IMG/VR virus record: IMGVR_UViG_3300049489_000201
From: an uncultured virus (IMG/VR IMGVR_UViG_3300049489_000201)
Taxonomy: Duplodnaviria > Heunggongvirae > Uroviricota > Caudoviricetes
DNA: 55,090 bases
Reading direction: 5' to 3' (one strand)
Numbering within the stretch: the first letter of the stretch is position 1; the number at the start of each line of letters is the position of its first letter. Positions 19,764 to 29,207 of this stretch are shown here, one piece after another. The position numbers and the translations under genes were made by a program. The notes beneath the pieces are model-generated. The model did no database searches. It had not been told where the DNA came from and saw nothing but the letters and a program-made list of their open reading frames with translations.

Positions 19764-20047
19764 TGATATGTGCCAATCCTACCTGCAACAAAGCATTCTC
19801 AGCCAAGACTCACAATCAGAAATACTGTAGTCCTGAGTGCTGTAAGATCGTAACAAATGAGGACATCAAGCGCAAGTACCATGAAAAGCGCGCGAGGCTC
19901 AAGGGATTGGTTCGCTACTGTTCGAATGGCTGTGGCACGGTGCTCAGTCGATACAACAAATACGATGTCTGCGCTTATTGCGATGCAGCCAGCGCAGCAC
20001 AACAAAAGACAGAATTGTTTGGAATTTTAAGTGTTATCCAGGGCTAA
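19763..20047 (+). CDS. Zinc-binding hypothetical protein
   Basis: C-x4-C...QKYCS.EC and further Cys pairs. Confidence 0.7.
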   Translation: MICANPTCNKAFSAKTHNQKYCSPECCKIVTNEDIKRKYHEKRARLKGLVRYCSNGCGTVLSRYNKYDVCAYCDAASAAQQKTELFGILSVIQG

Positions 20048-20585
20048 AACCAAAAAAATGGTTACCGTGATGGGCATTGATGCCAGCACGAATAGCCTAG
20101 CGTTCTGTATTATGAAGAATGGCAAGCCGGTTAAATGGGGAGAAATACAATTTCATGGTGCGAACGTCTATGAACGCATCCTTGATGCTAGCATTAAGGT
20201 TCGTGATCTTCGGGAGACATTTAAAGTCGATTACATCGCAATCGAGTCAGCCGTCCTCGTAAACTCTGTTTCCGTCGCGGTGAAAATGGCATACGTGTTT
20301 GGTGCTATAATGGCTGAACTGTTACGAGAGGGCGCAGAGGTCATAGAGATCAAACCGATTACTTGGCAGTCATTTATCGGGAACAAGGTGTGGACGGCCA
20401 CACAAAAGGCGGCACTCAAAAAGAAAACGCCTGGCAAGTCGGCAAGTTGGTACAAGACAGAAATGCGTCGTCAGCGTAAGCAGTTCACACTGGACTACTT
20501 CAACAAGAAATACAAGTTGAAGTTGACCTCGGATAACGTCGGGGACGCTTTCGGGGTGGCACATTATCTTTCGGAGAACACATGA
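20031..20585 (+). CDS. RuvC-like resolvase
   Basis: MGIDAS, IAIE, DNVGDA. Confidence 0.85.
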   Translation: MLSRAKTKKMVTVMGIDASTNSLAFCIMKNGKPVKWGEIQFHGANVYERILDASIKVRDLRETFKVDYIAIESAVLVNSVSVAVKMAYVFGAIMAELLREGAEVIEIKPITWQSFIGNKVWTATQKAALKKKTPGKSASWYKTEMRRQRKQFTLDYFNKKYKLKLTSDNVGDAFGVAHYLSENT

Positions 20586-20743
20586 GGCTATACAAGAACG
20601 AGGCTTGGCTGAGGCAACGCTACGTCGTCCAGCATAAGACTGCTTATCAGATAGCAGAGGAGTGCAAAACCTCTGTGCAGGTCATCCAGTATTGGCTGAC
20701 TAAATACGAATTGATTAGGAACCCTAGAACGTGGACCAGGTAA
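20582..20743 (+). CDS. Small HTH protein, 53 aa (absent from ORF track)
   Basis: MRLYKNEAWLRQRYV...QIAEECKTSVQVIQYWL; GGAG RBS. Confidence 0.75.
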   Translation: MRLYKNEAWLRQRYVVQHKTAYQIAEECKTSVQVIQYWLTKYELIRNPRTWTR

Positions 20744-21486
20744 AGTATACGATTATGCATATCGATGACAGCCGTATCGAGAAGCGTAATCACATCAGGA
20801 ATGTGCTGTTCTTTTATGATGAGGTAACAGATATAGAATTTGTCAACGGCGCAGACGCTGAGCAAGTCAAGCGAATGCGTGAGCGCTATCCTAATTTTAC
20901 CGGGCGGGACATATGGAACCCAAAGACTGGTGAGGCTGGCGTATGGTATAGCCAGATGCAGTGCTGGCGCTATGCTGCTGAAAATGACGTACACCTGATT
21001 GTGTTTGAGGACGATGCCATGCCTGACCCCAAGTTTGAATCGCTGTGGCGGACGCTGCTTATGGAACTCCCAGCCGACTACGACTTCTTGTCTATCTTTG
21101 TTCCCAATAACCAAACCGATGACTACTTTGCCATCACTTTCTACGATGAGACGGGTCACCCAATTGCATCAACTGGTGCCAACGCAGAGATGTCCGGCTT
21201 CAATTTCAGCGAAAACCTAGCCACTGTTTACCAGGGCTACAGTTGCGTGGCTACGATGTTCAGCCCGAAGGGCGGGCGGAAACTGCTAGATCTAGCAGAT
21301 CACTACGGTATGTATACACCAGTTGACTGTTTCCTATTTTTACAGGCGCACGCTGGTAGACTTGATGGGTATGCACCTAAGCCCGACTGGCTGTACCCAC
21401 GAATGGTCACTATTGACTGGTCTGCGCCGACGACCGTGCAGCATACAGACAGAATTGATCAAAACCTATTGGTTGGAGAAGTATGA
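20731..21486 (+). CDS. Glycosyltransferase, family 25-like
   Basis: GE.GVW.S...W, IVFEDD, P.G..KLL, PVD. Confidence 0.8.
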   Translation: MDQVKYTIMHIDDSRIEKRNHIRNVLFFYDEVTDIEFVNGADAEQVKRMRERYPNFTGRDIWNPKTGEAGVWYSQMQCWRYAAENDVHLIVFEDDAMPDPKFESLWRTLLMELPADYDFLSIFVPNNQTDDYFAITFYDETGHPIASTGANAEMSGFNFSENLATVYQGYSCVATMFSPKGGRKLLDLADHYGMYTPVDCFLFLQAHAGRLDGYAPKPDWLYPRMVTIDWSAPTTVQHTDRIDQNLLVGEV

Positions 21487-22052
21487 GAGTCGGTTTCATT
21501 GGCAGTCATTCGACTGGCAAGACCAGCGTTGCCAAATACATCACAGAATTAGACCAGAAGTGGACCTTTGTTCCATCAACCGCCCGCAAGGTAGCGGCAG
21601 CGGGCCTAGGGGTAAATCGTCAAGCAGACCATATGTCTCAGATACTCACCACGCTCAGCAGATTCGTTGATGAATCCAGGGCGCACGAGTTAAATCCAGA
21701 AGGCAGTATGTCTGACAGGACTCCGCTCGACAGCCTTGCTTACACAAAATACCAGATCGACAACGTATGGATCGGCAATGAACTGAATGATTTCTATTGG
21801 GACTACAGCAAAAAGTTCGTGATCGAAGCCATGAAGAACTACGACATAGTGTTCTATTTCCCGGTTGACGCCTTTGCCATGACCTCTGATGGGCTGCGCG
21901 AAGAGGACGAAAGGTATAGATCAGATATTGATGGTATAATTGTAGAACTGATCGAGGATCTTGGTATTAAGGTTCTGACAGTGCCGAACGGAACCATTGA
22001 AGAAAGATCACTATACGTTTTGGAAAACATAGATGCCGCTATACACATTTAA
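21483..22052 (+). CDS. P-loop nucleotide kinase/ATPase (NadR/TMK-like)
   Basis: GSHSTGKTS, DRTPLD..AY, DGLR. Confidence 0.8.
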   Translation: MRVGFIGSHSTGKTSVAKYITELDQKWTFVPSTARKVAAAGLGVNRQADHMSQILTTLSRFVDESRAHELNPEGSMSDRTPLDSLAYTKYQIDNVWIGNELNDFYWDYSKKFVIEAMKNYDIVFYFPVDAFAMTSDGLREEDERYRSDIDGIIVELIEDLGIKVLTVPNGTIEERSLYVLENIDAAIHI

Positions 22053-22200
22053 ATGCGACGAGTGTAACGACTACACAGAAATCAAGTCGGATATCGATGG
22101 GAGAGACGATGAAAGGCATTGCGCCCAGGGTCATCTACTTAGACGAGTTCTCGACCGTCCCGCCCTCGTCTGGGCACCAACTTCTGGTGGCTTTCGGTGA
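22033..22200 (+). CDS. FmdB-like zinc-ribbon protein, 55 aa (absent from ORF track)
   Basis: MPLYTFKCDEC...C..GH.LRRV. Confidence 0.7.
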   Translation: MPLYTFKCDECNDYTEIKSDIDGRDDERHCAQGHLLRRVLDRPALVWAPTSGGFR

Positions 22201-22499
22201 GCAAGCAAACGAAGCGACAGGCAACTACTTTGACCGAGGTTTTATACGCTGGTGGCAATGTGGTGTGCGCTTTCGAATTCCCTCTTGGCACCGACACTGT
22301 GAAGACTGGGGATCTAGTCAAAATCAAGAATCTTCGCGGTTCCTTTAGATTCTACAAGATAGCGCATAACGCGACACTAGATGTTACGTGGATAGATTGC
22401 ACTGATGCTAAGACCGGTGAATTTAGAAGTTTCTATCTGCATAAGGTAAAAAGTAAAGTTAAGCCAAAAAGGAGTTACAAGAAACGTGTACGAGTATAA
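22197..22499 (+). CDS. Hypothetical protein
   Basis: 100 aa ORF with GTGA overlap. Confidence 0.65.
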   Translation: MSKQTKRQATTLTEVLYAGGNVVCAFEFPLGTDTVKTGDLVKIKNLRGSFRFYKIAHNATLDVTWIDCTDAKTGEFRSFYLHKVKSKVKPKRSYKKRVRV

Positions 22500-22731
22500 T
22501 CCATGGGGTGTCCCAACATATACGCCGCCAACATATACATTCCCAACTACAACTACGAGCCGCTGGCACTGCCCAGACTGCAAGGGTTGGGTTGTCGATT
22601 GGTTGCCAGTGCATCACTGCACGCCATATACATCTGGCACAACCACAAATATCAAGGTTAATTCTGGTAGCAACACGCGAGTAACTTTTGATGACAATAA
22701 TGAGGTGCAGTTCGTCAAGAGCGGAAACTAA
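22486..22731 (+). CDS. Hypothetical protein
   Basis: 81 aa with CxxC; GGAG RBS. Confidence 0.55.
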   Translation: MYEYNPWGVPTYTPPTYTFPTTTTSRWHCPDCKGWVVDWLPVHHCTPYTSGTTTNIKVNSGSNTRVTFDDNNEVQFVKSGN

Positions 22732-23273
22732 TGGCTGCTGAACTAGAATTAGCCGACAAGTTCGAAACCATGAATAAGGTTGTCGAGCAGAAACTAACCG
22801 GCCAGAACATGACACAGATCGCTCGCAACCTGGGCCTCACAAGGGCTCAGGTTACTGAGTATTACGACATGTTCAAGGCAATTGCCCAGGAATCAAGTAA
22901 CATGAAGTCTCGCGCCCGCGAGGCTTTGTTTGCCGTAGACATTCACTACGACAAATTGATCAAGGAGTTCTATCAGATCGTCGGCGAAGCCGATGATTGG
23001 CAGATGTCTGAGGGCGTAGATGCCAAGATGCTTGGTCAGAAGACCCAAGCACTTAAGGCAATTGCTGATCTAGAGGCCAAGCGCGTCGGACTTTTGAAGG
23101 ACGCCGGGCTACTAGATGATCAAGAACTTGCTAATGAGGTCATGGAAGCAGAACGTAAGCAGCAGATTCTTGTGGATATCCTACGAGATAGTCTATGCAA
23201 GGAATGCAGCAAAAAGGTGGCAGAAAAACTGCAAGCCGTAACTAATACTCCGGTGGCCGTCCGCGTTGTTTGA
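22731..23273 (+). CDS. HTH/helical protein, candidate terminase small subunit
   Basis: TQIARNLGLTRAQV HTH; immediately upstream of terL. Confidence 0.6.
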   Translation: MAAELELADKFETMNKVVEQKLTGQNMTQIARNLGLTRAQVTEYYDMFKAIAQESSNMKSRAREALFAVDIHYDKLIKEFYQIVGEADDWQMSEGVDAKMLGQKTQALKAIADLEAKRVGLLKDAGLLDDQELANEVMEAERKQQILVDILRDSLCKECSKKVAEKLQAVTNTPVAVRVV

Positions 23274-25044
23274 GGACTTTCTAGGTGCGCTGTCAGGTGA
23301 TGAATTCGACGAAATCCCAGTGGAGGTCGAAGAATTCTGTGTATCACCAGACTACCTAGACCTGGGCGATTCAGAGCCGTCACCATTGCAATACCAAATG
23401 ATCAGGGCTACTACGCAGATTATGCGTCAGGACACCCTGGTCAATTTGTATGGGGAGGAAAAAGGGAACGCCAGGTGGGAAGAAACCTTCAACGAGTCTA
23501 TCTTCCAGTTAGGCAAAGGTTCTGGCAAGGACTTCTGTAGCAACATCGCCGTGGCCTATATCGTCTACGTGCTGCTCTGCATGAAGTCACCGCAGAAATA
23601 TTACAAAAAGCCTCGCGGTAACGCTATCGCCATTCTGAACATCGCTATTAACGCCAAGCAGGCGAACCAAGTGTTCTTCAAGGGCTTCTCCGACCTGATC
23701 ACCGCCTCGCCGTGGTTTGCTGGTAAATATAGTGATCACCGCGATGACATCGAATTCGACAAGAACATCACCGTTTACTCTGGCCACTCCGAAAAAGAAT
23801 CATGGGAGGGCTACAACACCTTCATGGTTATCCTTGACGAGATTGCGGGATTCATGCTTGAGTCTGCTTCTGGAAATGCGAACGCCAAGACCTCCGAAGA
23901 AATCTACAAGATGTATTCGGCCTCTGTCACCAGTCGTTTCGATGAATTCGGCAAGGTCGTCCTGCTGTCCTTCCCTCGTTACAAGGACGACTTCATTCAG
24001 CAGCGCTATAACCAGGTTGTCGGTGAAAAAGTAACAGTCGTCCACGAGGAAAAAGTATATCTGATCCCAGAACTCGGAGATGTTGAGGGCAACTTCGTAG
24101 AATTTGAGTGGGAGGAAGACCATATCACTCGCTACACCGAGCCCCGTGTCTATGCCCTCAAGCGTCCTTCGTGGATTATGAACCCGACCAAGACGGTAAA
24201 TTCTTACACTCGTGACTTCCATAAGGATAAGGTTGACGCACTTATGCGTTACGCCTGCATGCCACCAGACAGCATCGATGGTTTCTTTAAGGATTCAGAG
24301 CGGGTCAACCAGGCTTTCAGCCAGCCTTTGATGATCGCCGAAGACGGAATAGTAGATCCTCGATTTAAGGCAGACCCGGACAAGGTATATTACATGCACG
24401 TCGACCTTGCTCAGAAAGTTGACAACTGCGCCGTTGCCATGGCACACGTAGACAAGTGGCGCACCACAAGGTACAATGGCAACGAAGAGTGGGTCGAGCC
24501 CGAGGTTATCGTTGATTTCATTCGTTACTGGAAGCCAAGCAAAGACAAAACAGTTGACTTTGCCGAGGTTCGTGACTTCATCACTAGCATTGCTCGTAAA
24601 GGATTCAATATCGGCCTGGTGACGTTCGACCGCTGGAACTCCGTGGACATGATGGAATACCTGGATAGCAACGGAATGAAAACAGAAACGCTTTCTGTCG
24701 CCAAGCAGCACTATACTGATATGCTGGGTATCGTCAACCAGGGCAGGCTCAAGGCACCAGACATAGAACTGGTCAGAAAAGAACTTGTGCAATTGAGAGT
24801 AATCAAAGACAAGATCGACCACCCTCGTTCTGGAAGCAAGGACTTGGCCGACGCTACCTGTGGAGCAATCTACAACGCGATCAGTTACACCCCGAAGGAA
24901 GAGTGGGGGGAGATAGAAATCGAGACGATAGACACTCTCCGCAGACCAGAGCCCCATGTCATAGAGCCACCAGTCGAGCGCAAGGCTACCGAAGCCATCC
25001 CGCCCGACCTTCAAGCATACCTTGACTCGCTCATGGTTTTGTAG
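23266..25044 (+). CDS. terL: Terminase large subunit
   Basis: GKGSGKD, ILDE, nuclease HVDLA, TFDRWNS, DHP.SGSKDLADA. Confidence 0.93.
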   Translation: MFEDFLGALSGDEFDEIPVEVEEFCVSPDYLDLGDSEPSPLQYQMIRATTQIMRQDTLVNLYGEEKGNARWEETFNESIFQLGKGSGKDFCSNIAVAYIVYVLLCMKSPQKYYKKPRGNAIAILNIAINAKQANQVFFKGFSDLITASPWFAGKYSDHRDDIEFDKNITVYSGHSEKESWEGYNTFMVILDEIAGFMLESASGNANAKTSEEIYKMYSASVTSRFDEFGKVVLLSFPRYKDDFIQQRYNQVVGEKVTVVHEEKVYLIPELGDVEGNFVEFEWEEDHITRYTEPRVYALKRPSWIMNPTKTVNSYTRDFHKDKVDALMRYACMPPDSIDGFFKDSERVNQAFSQPLMIAEDGIVDPRFKADPDKVYYMHVDLAQKVDNCAVAMAHVDKWRTTRYNGNEEWVEPEVIVDFIRYWKPSKDKTVDFAEVRDFITSIARKGFNIGLVTFDRWNSVDMMEYLDSNGMKTETLSVAKQHYTDMLGIVNQGRLKAPDIELVRKELVQLRVIKDKIDHPRSGSKDLADATCGAIYNAISYTPKEEWGEIEIETIDTLRRPEPHVIEPPVERKATEAIPPDLQAYLDSLMVL

Positions 25045-25070
25045 TATGCTTGACTCCGAAAGGAGGTACG

Positions 25071-25598
25071 ATGACAACCACAACAGAAACATACCTGCCT
25101 CGTGCAGAGATCATCGAAATCGTCACAGAGCGTGACGGCTACCAGTGTTACTTGTGTCCTGAGCCATTCAGCGAACTGCGAGGAATGGAGATGACACTTG
25201 ACCACGTCCTTCCCCTGTCGAGGGGTGGAACGTGGGCGGTAGATAACATCAAGTTCGCCCACCGTAAGTGTAACCAGGAAAAGGCTGACCGTATCTTCCT
25301 AGAAGACGGATCGCTTGAGCCTCGTGAAGTTCGCATGGGCTATGCACAGCGCAAGCAGAACAAGGAACAAATCCTTGCGAACTTCTGCGAACTGTGTGAA
25401 AACGGTCGTATGCTTATGCCCGAGGAATACTGTCCTGACTGTTTCCGTGGGGCGACACCTTATCCACAGACCACCAAGCGCAAGCCTTCTGAGTGTACGC
25501 ACTCAGGCTTTGATTGGTGCTGGATGGACGCTTGCGGTCTGATTGATCGTGTCCCAGCATTTGTCTATGTGCTCGACGGGGAATTCGTAGACGAATAA
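25071..25598 (+). CDS. HNH endonuclease adjacent to terminase
   Basis: RDG..C.LC...TLDHVLPLSRGG....N...AH..CN..K. Confidence 0.88.
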   Translation: MTTTTETYLPRAEIIEIVTERDGYQCYLCPEPFSELRGMEMTLDHVLPLSRGGTWAVDNIKFAHRKCNQEKADRIFLEDGSLEPREVRMGYAQRKQNKEQILANFCELCENGRMLMPEEYCPDCFRGATPYPQTTKRKPSECTHSGFDWCWMDACGLIDRVPAFVYVLDGEFVDE

Positions 25599-25646
25599 CT
25601 TAAGTCTCTGTAGGTATGCTATAATTGGTATGCCTACAGAGCACCA

Positions 25647-25717
25647 GTGGTAGTGGTGAAATGGTATCATGTGACGTTGCCAACGTTACGGCGCGGGTTC
25701 GATTCCCGTCTACCGCA
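25647..25717 (+). tRNA. tRNA-Gly(GCC)
   Basis: Cloverleaf; anticodon loop TTGCCAA; T-loop TTCGATT. Confidence 0.92.
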
Positions 25718-25748
25718 CAACAAGCACTAAACAAACCATAGGGAAAAC

Positions 25749-26690
25749 ATGAAGGTACTTGTAACTGGTGGTTCTGGATTTATCGGAACCGCGACAATCA
25801 AGCAACTAACCAACGACGGACACGAGGTCTTGGTGCTTGATCACCAGACAGAAAACCACAAGGCCAAAAACTACGGCCCAAACACCGACGTATTTCTTGG
25901 AGATATCCGAGACGCAGATGCGATGGTAGAGGCAATGGCTCACGCAGACGCATTTATCCACCTTGCCGGTGTTCTCGGAACAGCCGAGACGATCAAGAAT
26001 CCTCGCCCAGCCGCTCACACGAATATCGTGGGCGGTCTTAACGTGCTTGAGGCGGCGGTCCAATACAACATTCCAGGTATCAATATTGCTGTTGGCAACT
26101 GGTTTGAGAACAATACGTATTCGCTTACCAAGAATACCGTCGAGCGTTTTTGCAAGATGTACCAGAAAGAACGCGGCCTCAATGTCACCGTTGTCCGTGG
26201 CCTTAATGTATTTGGTCCCGGTCAGTCGGTAGCCGCTCCATTCGGTACGTCTAAGGTTCGCAAGGTCGGACCATCGTTTATGTGCCGCGCGCTGACTGGT
26301 ATGCCAGTTGAGATTTATGGTGACGGTCAGAATATCATGGACTTCATCTATATTGATGACATGGCAAGGGTTCTTGTTCGTGCGCTAGACTACACCGTCG
26401 AGAATGGCTACGTGCCAACAGTTATCGAGGCCGGACTAGGCCGTCACAGCAGCGTCAACGACTTCGCTGCCCGTATCAAGCACCAGACCGAAACAGACTA
26501 CGGCGTACCCGTTGTGATTAACCACCTTCCTATGCGACCAGGTGAAACCAACGGCGCGGTCGTCAAGGCAGATGCCTCTACTCTGAACCTCATTGGTATG
26601 GACGTATCAGAACTAGTCACAATTGATGACGGAATCAAGCACTCGCTTGCCTATTTCAACAACTACCTGCGCGAAAAGGGCTACAAGTGA
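25749..26690 (+). CDS. NAD-dependent epimerase/dehydratase
   Basis: GGSGFIG, HLAG, YSLTK, N.FGPGQ. Confidence 0.92.
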   Translation: MKVLVTGGSGFIGTATIKQLTNDGHEVLVLDHQTENHKAKNYGPNTDVFLGDIRDADAMVEAMAHADAFIHLAGVLGTAETIKNPRPAAHTNIVGGLNVLEAAVQYNIPGINIAVGNWFENNTYSLTKNTVERFCKMYQKERGLNVTVVRGLNVFGPGQSVAAPFGTSKVRKVGPSFMCRALTGMPVEIYGDGQNIMDFIYIDDMARVLVRALDYTVENGYVPTVIEAGLGRHSSVNDFAARIKHQTETDYGVPVVINHLPMRPGETNGAVVKADASTLNLIGMDVSELVTIDDGIKHSLAYFNNYLREKGYK

Positions 26691-27397
26691 AGCAAGTTAT
26701 CCACAGGATTTGGATCGGTCCCGCCAAGATGCCAAAGGAATATGAGCAGTTCGGGCGGGACTGGGAAGACTTAAATCCAGGCTGGCGAGTATTGGACTGG
26801 AACGAAGATACGCTGCATCTTAATGATACGTCGGCCTGGCAGAACGCCGCAGTTCTGGAAGACCTTTTGGCGCGAGGCAGAGAGCCAGACGCGGATAAAG
26901 TTGCTCTTGCCACCCACCTTGCTGATGTGCTAGCATACGAACTAGTCTACGAGTTCGGCGGGCTGTACGTAAACACAGATATGCAGCCAGTCCGTGCGCT
27001 GTCAGACTTGTTCGACGCTAACCCAGCGATGCTGGAAAAGCCAGCGGCGGGCCGCGAGGATGACAACTGGGTCGTCAACGCCGTGCTATGGGCTCCTGAG
27101 CCTGGTGACGATTTCTGGTTGGCGGTGATCCGAGCACTACCGCACCGTTACTTTAGTATGCCAGATGAATACATGTCGAACACCACTGGACCGCATCTGC
27201 TCACACAGGTTTACCGTGACAGACCGCAGGATCTAGTAGTCCTTGACAGACAGGTGTTCAACCCGCTACACTTCACCGAAGTCGAGTTTGGCGAGGATGC
27301 CAAGTTCAATCGCTGGGAACTGCCCGATGAGACGATCACCGTCCATCACTGGGGGCATAGGCGCAACAGGCGCAACCAGCGTGTCCTAGAAAGGTAG
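26687..27397 (+). CDS. Glycosyltransferase, GT32/OCH1-like
   Basis: IHRIWIG, AD......YEFGGLY.NTD, TTGP.LLT, H.W. Confidence 0.85.
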   Translation: MKQVIHRIWIGPAKMPKEYEQFGRDWEDLNPGWRVLDWNEDTLHLNDTSAWQNAAVLEDLLARGREPDADKVALATHLADVLAYELVYEFGGLYVNTDMQPVRALSDLFDANPAMLEKPAAGREDDNWVVNAVLWAPEPGDDFWLAVIRALPHRYFSMPDEYMSNTTGPHLLTQVYRDRPQDLVVLDRQVFNPLHFTEVEFGEDAKFNRWELPDETITVHHWGHRRNRRNQRVLER

Positions 27398-27400
27398 AGC

Positions 27401-27754
27401 ATGAACTTGTTTTTGATCAGCCTAGTTTTTTATATTGTTGTGATTGCAGCGAACGCAGTGCTGCTCAAGATAACATATATATGCCCCAAGCCTCAATATG
27501 GCAGCAGGGATCCGGTTACTGGATCATTTCGTTGCAGCGAAGATTCTGCGCTGGTATGGGCCTCCGTTCTACCACTGCTCAACTTAATTCCGTTAGGTTA
27601 CATGATACGCTCACGCATAGATCCAAACCACGACATGTATAAAAAGTTCAGACTGATCGAGGCTAAGACTTCGCGGGAAGAACTTGAGCGTAAGTACGAC
27701 GAAATCATTACTAAGCGTCATCAGCGTATGGAACGCGAACTAGGCATCTCTTGA
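27401..27754 (+). CDS. Membrane protein
   Basis: Two hydrophobic segments. Confidence 0.65.
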   Translation: MNLFLISLVFYIVVIAANAVLLKITYICPKPQYGSRDPVTGSFRCSEDSALVWASVLPLLNLIPLGYMIRSRIDPNHDMYKKFRLIEAKTSREELERKYDEIITKRHQRMERELGIS

Positions 27755-27780
27755 CAGAACCGTCGCCTCAACGGTATACT
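27751..27780 (+). promoter_or_regulatory. SigA-type promoter for tRNA unit
   Basis: TTGACA-N18-TATACT. Confidence 0.75.
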
Positions 27781-27790
27781 TGAGGCTCAT

Positions 27791-27869
27791 GGGATGAAAG
27801 GCAAACTGGTAGAGCCGCCAGTCTTATAAACTGGGAATACGATTGTGGGTTCAAGTCCCACTCATCCTA
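27791..27869 (+). tRNA. tRNA-Ile(TAT)
   Basis: GGGATGA/TCATCCT acceptor; CCAGT-CTTATAA-ACTGG anticodon arm; 10-nt variable region. Confidence 0.8.
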
Positions 27870-28007
27870 CGGTAGTCCACCTCACCTTCGGGTGCCCAAA
27901 GACAGGCTAGTTAGCCATAAGAGTAAAAACGCAAAGGGCGGGGTTGTCCACAGCGTTTTCTGTCAGGTGTGGACGAGATAGTAAACGTAAACCCCGCCTA
28001 AGCGCGT

Positions 28008-28079
28008 GCCTCGGTAGTATAACGGATATTACACGTTCTTGGTAAGAACGAAAATCGGGTTCGATTCCCGGCCCTGGCT
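28008..28079 (+). tRNA. tRNA-Thr(GGT)
   Basis: CGTTC-TTGGTAA-GAACG; two acceptor-stem mismatches. Confidence 0.8.
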
Positions 28080-28100
28080 CTCACGAACATAGGAGTAAAT

Positions 28101-28430
28101 ATGACCACGACACTTAAGGTCGGCGGTGTGGCTGACCTCTCGTCAAGCAGCAGAGCCGATGACATAAAGTTAAAAGTAGAAAACTACATGGCGTTCCTTG
28201 GTTACAGGGCCTCGGAGTATGATTTCACCATCAACATCACTCCTCAGCGCATTCCGCAGGAGCGGTTCTTCGCGGGCGATGTCTATTCGTACAAGTATAA
28301 TCAGTACGGAAACGAATACACATTCGTCTTCGACGGCACTAACTGGACCGGCAACGGCATGACCAGCAACAAAATGCGTGAAGCAATTCGTGACGGTCGT
28401 GCCTATAAGTGCAAACTAGTTAGAGCGTAG
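28101..28430 (+). CDS. Hypothetical protein
   Basis: AGGAG RBS, 109 aa. Confidence 0.7.
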   Translation: MTTTLKVGGVADLSSSSRADDIKLKVENYMAFLGYRASEYDFTINITPQRIPQERFFAGDVYSYKYNQYGNEYTFVFDGTNWTGNGMTSNKMREAIRDGRAYKCKLVRA

Positions 28431-28431
28431 C

Positions 28432-28920
28432 ATGGCTGGGTCGCTGACAGCGGCAATCTTCATGATCATATTTATTGTCGCTGGTCTGTGGTATGGTGAG
28501 CGTCGCGGGCGGCAAAAAAAATTGCTGCCAGTCCAAGATCGTATCTACGAACTAGAATGCGCCAATGGCATGTGTGACTTTGCTGGACACGACCACAGCA
28601 AGCCAATAAAACCACCTGTTGGTGGTATGCGTCCACCGCCCAAGTCCGTGACTGTTTCAGCAGCAGATGCATACATTAAAACCAAGCGTGAACTAGAAAA
28701 AACCCAACTAGAACTTGCTGCCATACGCGAAGAACTGGATGGTTTTAAGCGTCGCTTTAATTATAGGCATTATGAGTCCGGATCTGATTACGAAGAAAGA
28801 TACACAGTCCATGAAATCAGTACGCTTGAAGGCCATAAGATGATTTACACCGAGCCAGTGTATCGTACTGAGTGGCGCAAGGAAATGAAGCCGATTCCAA
28901 CAAAAAGGATGCGTATATGA
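28432..28920 (+). CDS. Membrane-anchored hypothetical protein
   Basis: N-terminal TM helix and coiled coil. Confidence 0.65.
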   Translation: MAGSLTAAIFMIIFIVAGLWYGERRGRQKKLLPVQDRIYELECANGMCDFAGHDHSKPIKPPVGGMRPPPKSVTVSAADAYIKTKRELEKTQLELAAIREELDGFKRRFNYRHYESGSDYEERYTVHEISTLEGHKMIYTEPVYRTEWRKEMKPIPTKRMRI

Positions 28921-29111
28921 GCCTAGTCGGACAGCGAGTTAAGTTGTCATATAGCCACGCCGGGGCTCCTGTGGGAGCAACATGGCTGGTGCTTTCGGAA
29001 GATGCCTGCCACTACTTCGTAGCGCCCATCATAGACAGGTGGGACCAGGCTAGCGTACGCATTCCTAAGCGCTGCGCCATCCTGCCCGAAGACTTCCACC
29101 TTACCCACTAG
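28917..29111 (+). CDS. Hypothetical protein
   Basis: AAGGA RBS, ATGA overlap. Confidence 0.55.
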   Translation: MSLVGQRVKLSYSHAGAPVGATWLVLSEDACHYFVAPIIDRWDQASVRIPKRCAILPEDFHLTH

Positions 29112-29114
29112 CCC

Positions 29115-29143
29115 TTGACATGTGCAGGGGCTAGTGGTATGAT
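29115..29143 (+). promoter_or_regulatory. Promoter embedded in a 12-bp inverted repeat
   Basis: TTGACA-N17-TATGAT with extended TG. Confidence 0.7.
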
Positions 29144-29207
29144 CTATCCATCAAGAGTTACAAGCGTTGGTCAAACGGCTTGGCTCGATACAGAAGGAAG
29201 TAAAACA

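Noticed and set aside
9594..25044. Inteins or introns in DnaB, DnaE, RecA or terminase
   Set aside because: Lengths are ordinary, motifs are contiguous and no splice-junction signatures were seen
24295..25092. 265-aa minus-strand ORF and other minus-strand ORFs
   Set aside because: Antisense shadows of clear + strand genes, with no motifs or RBS
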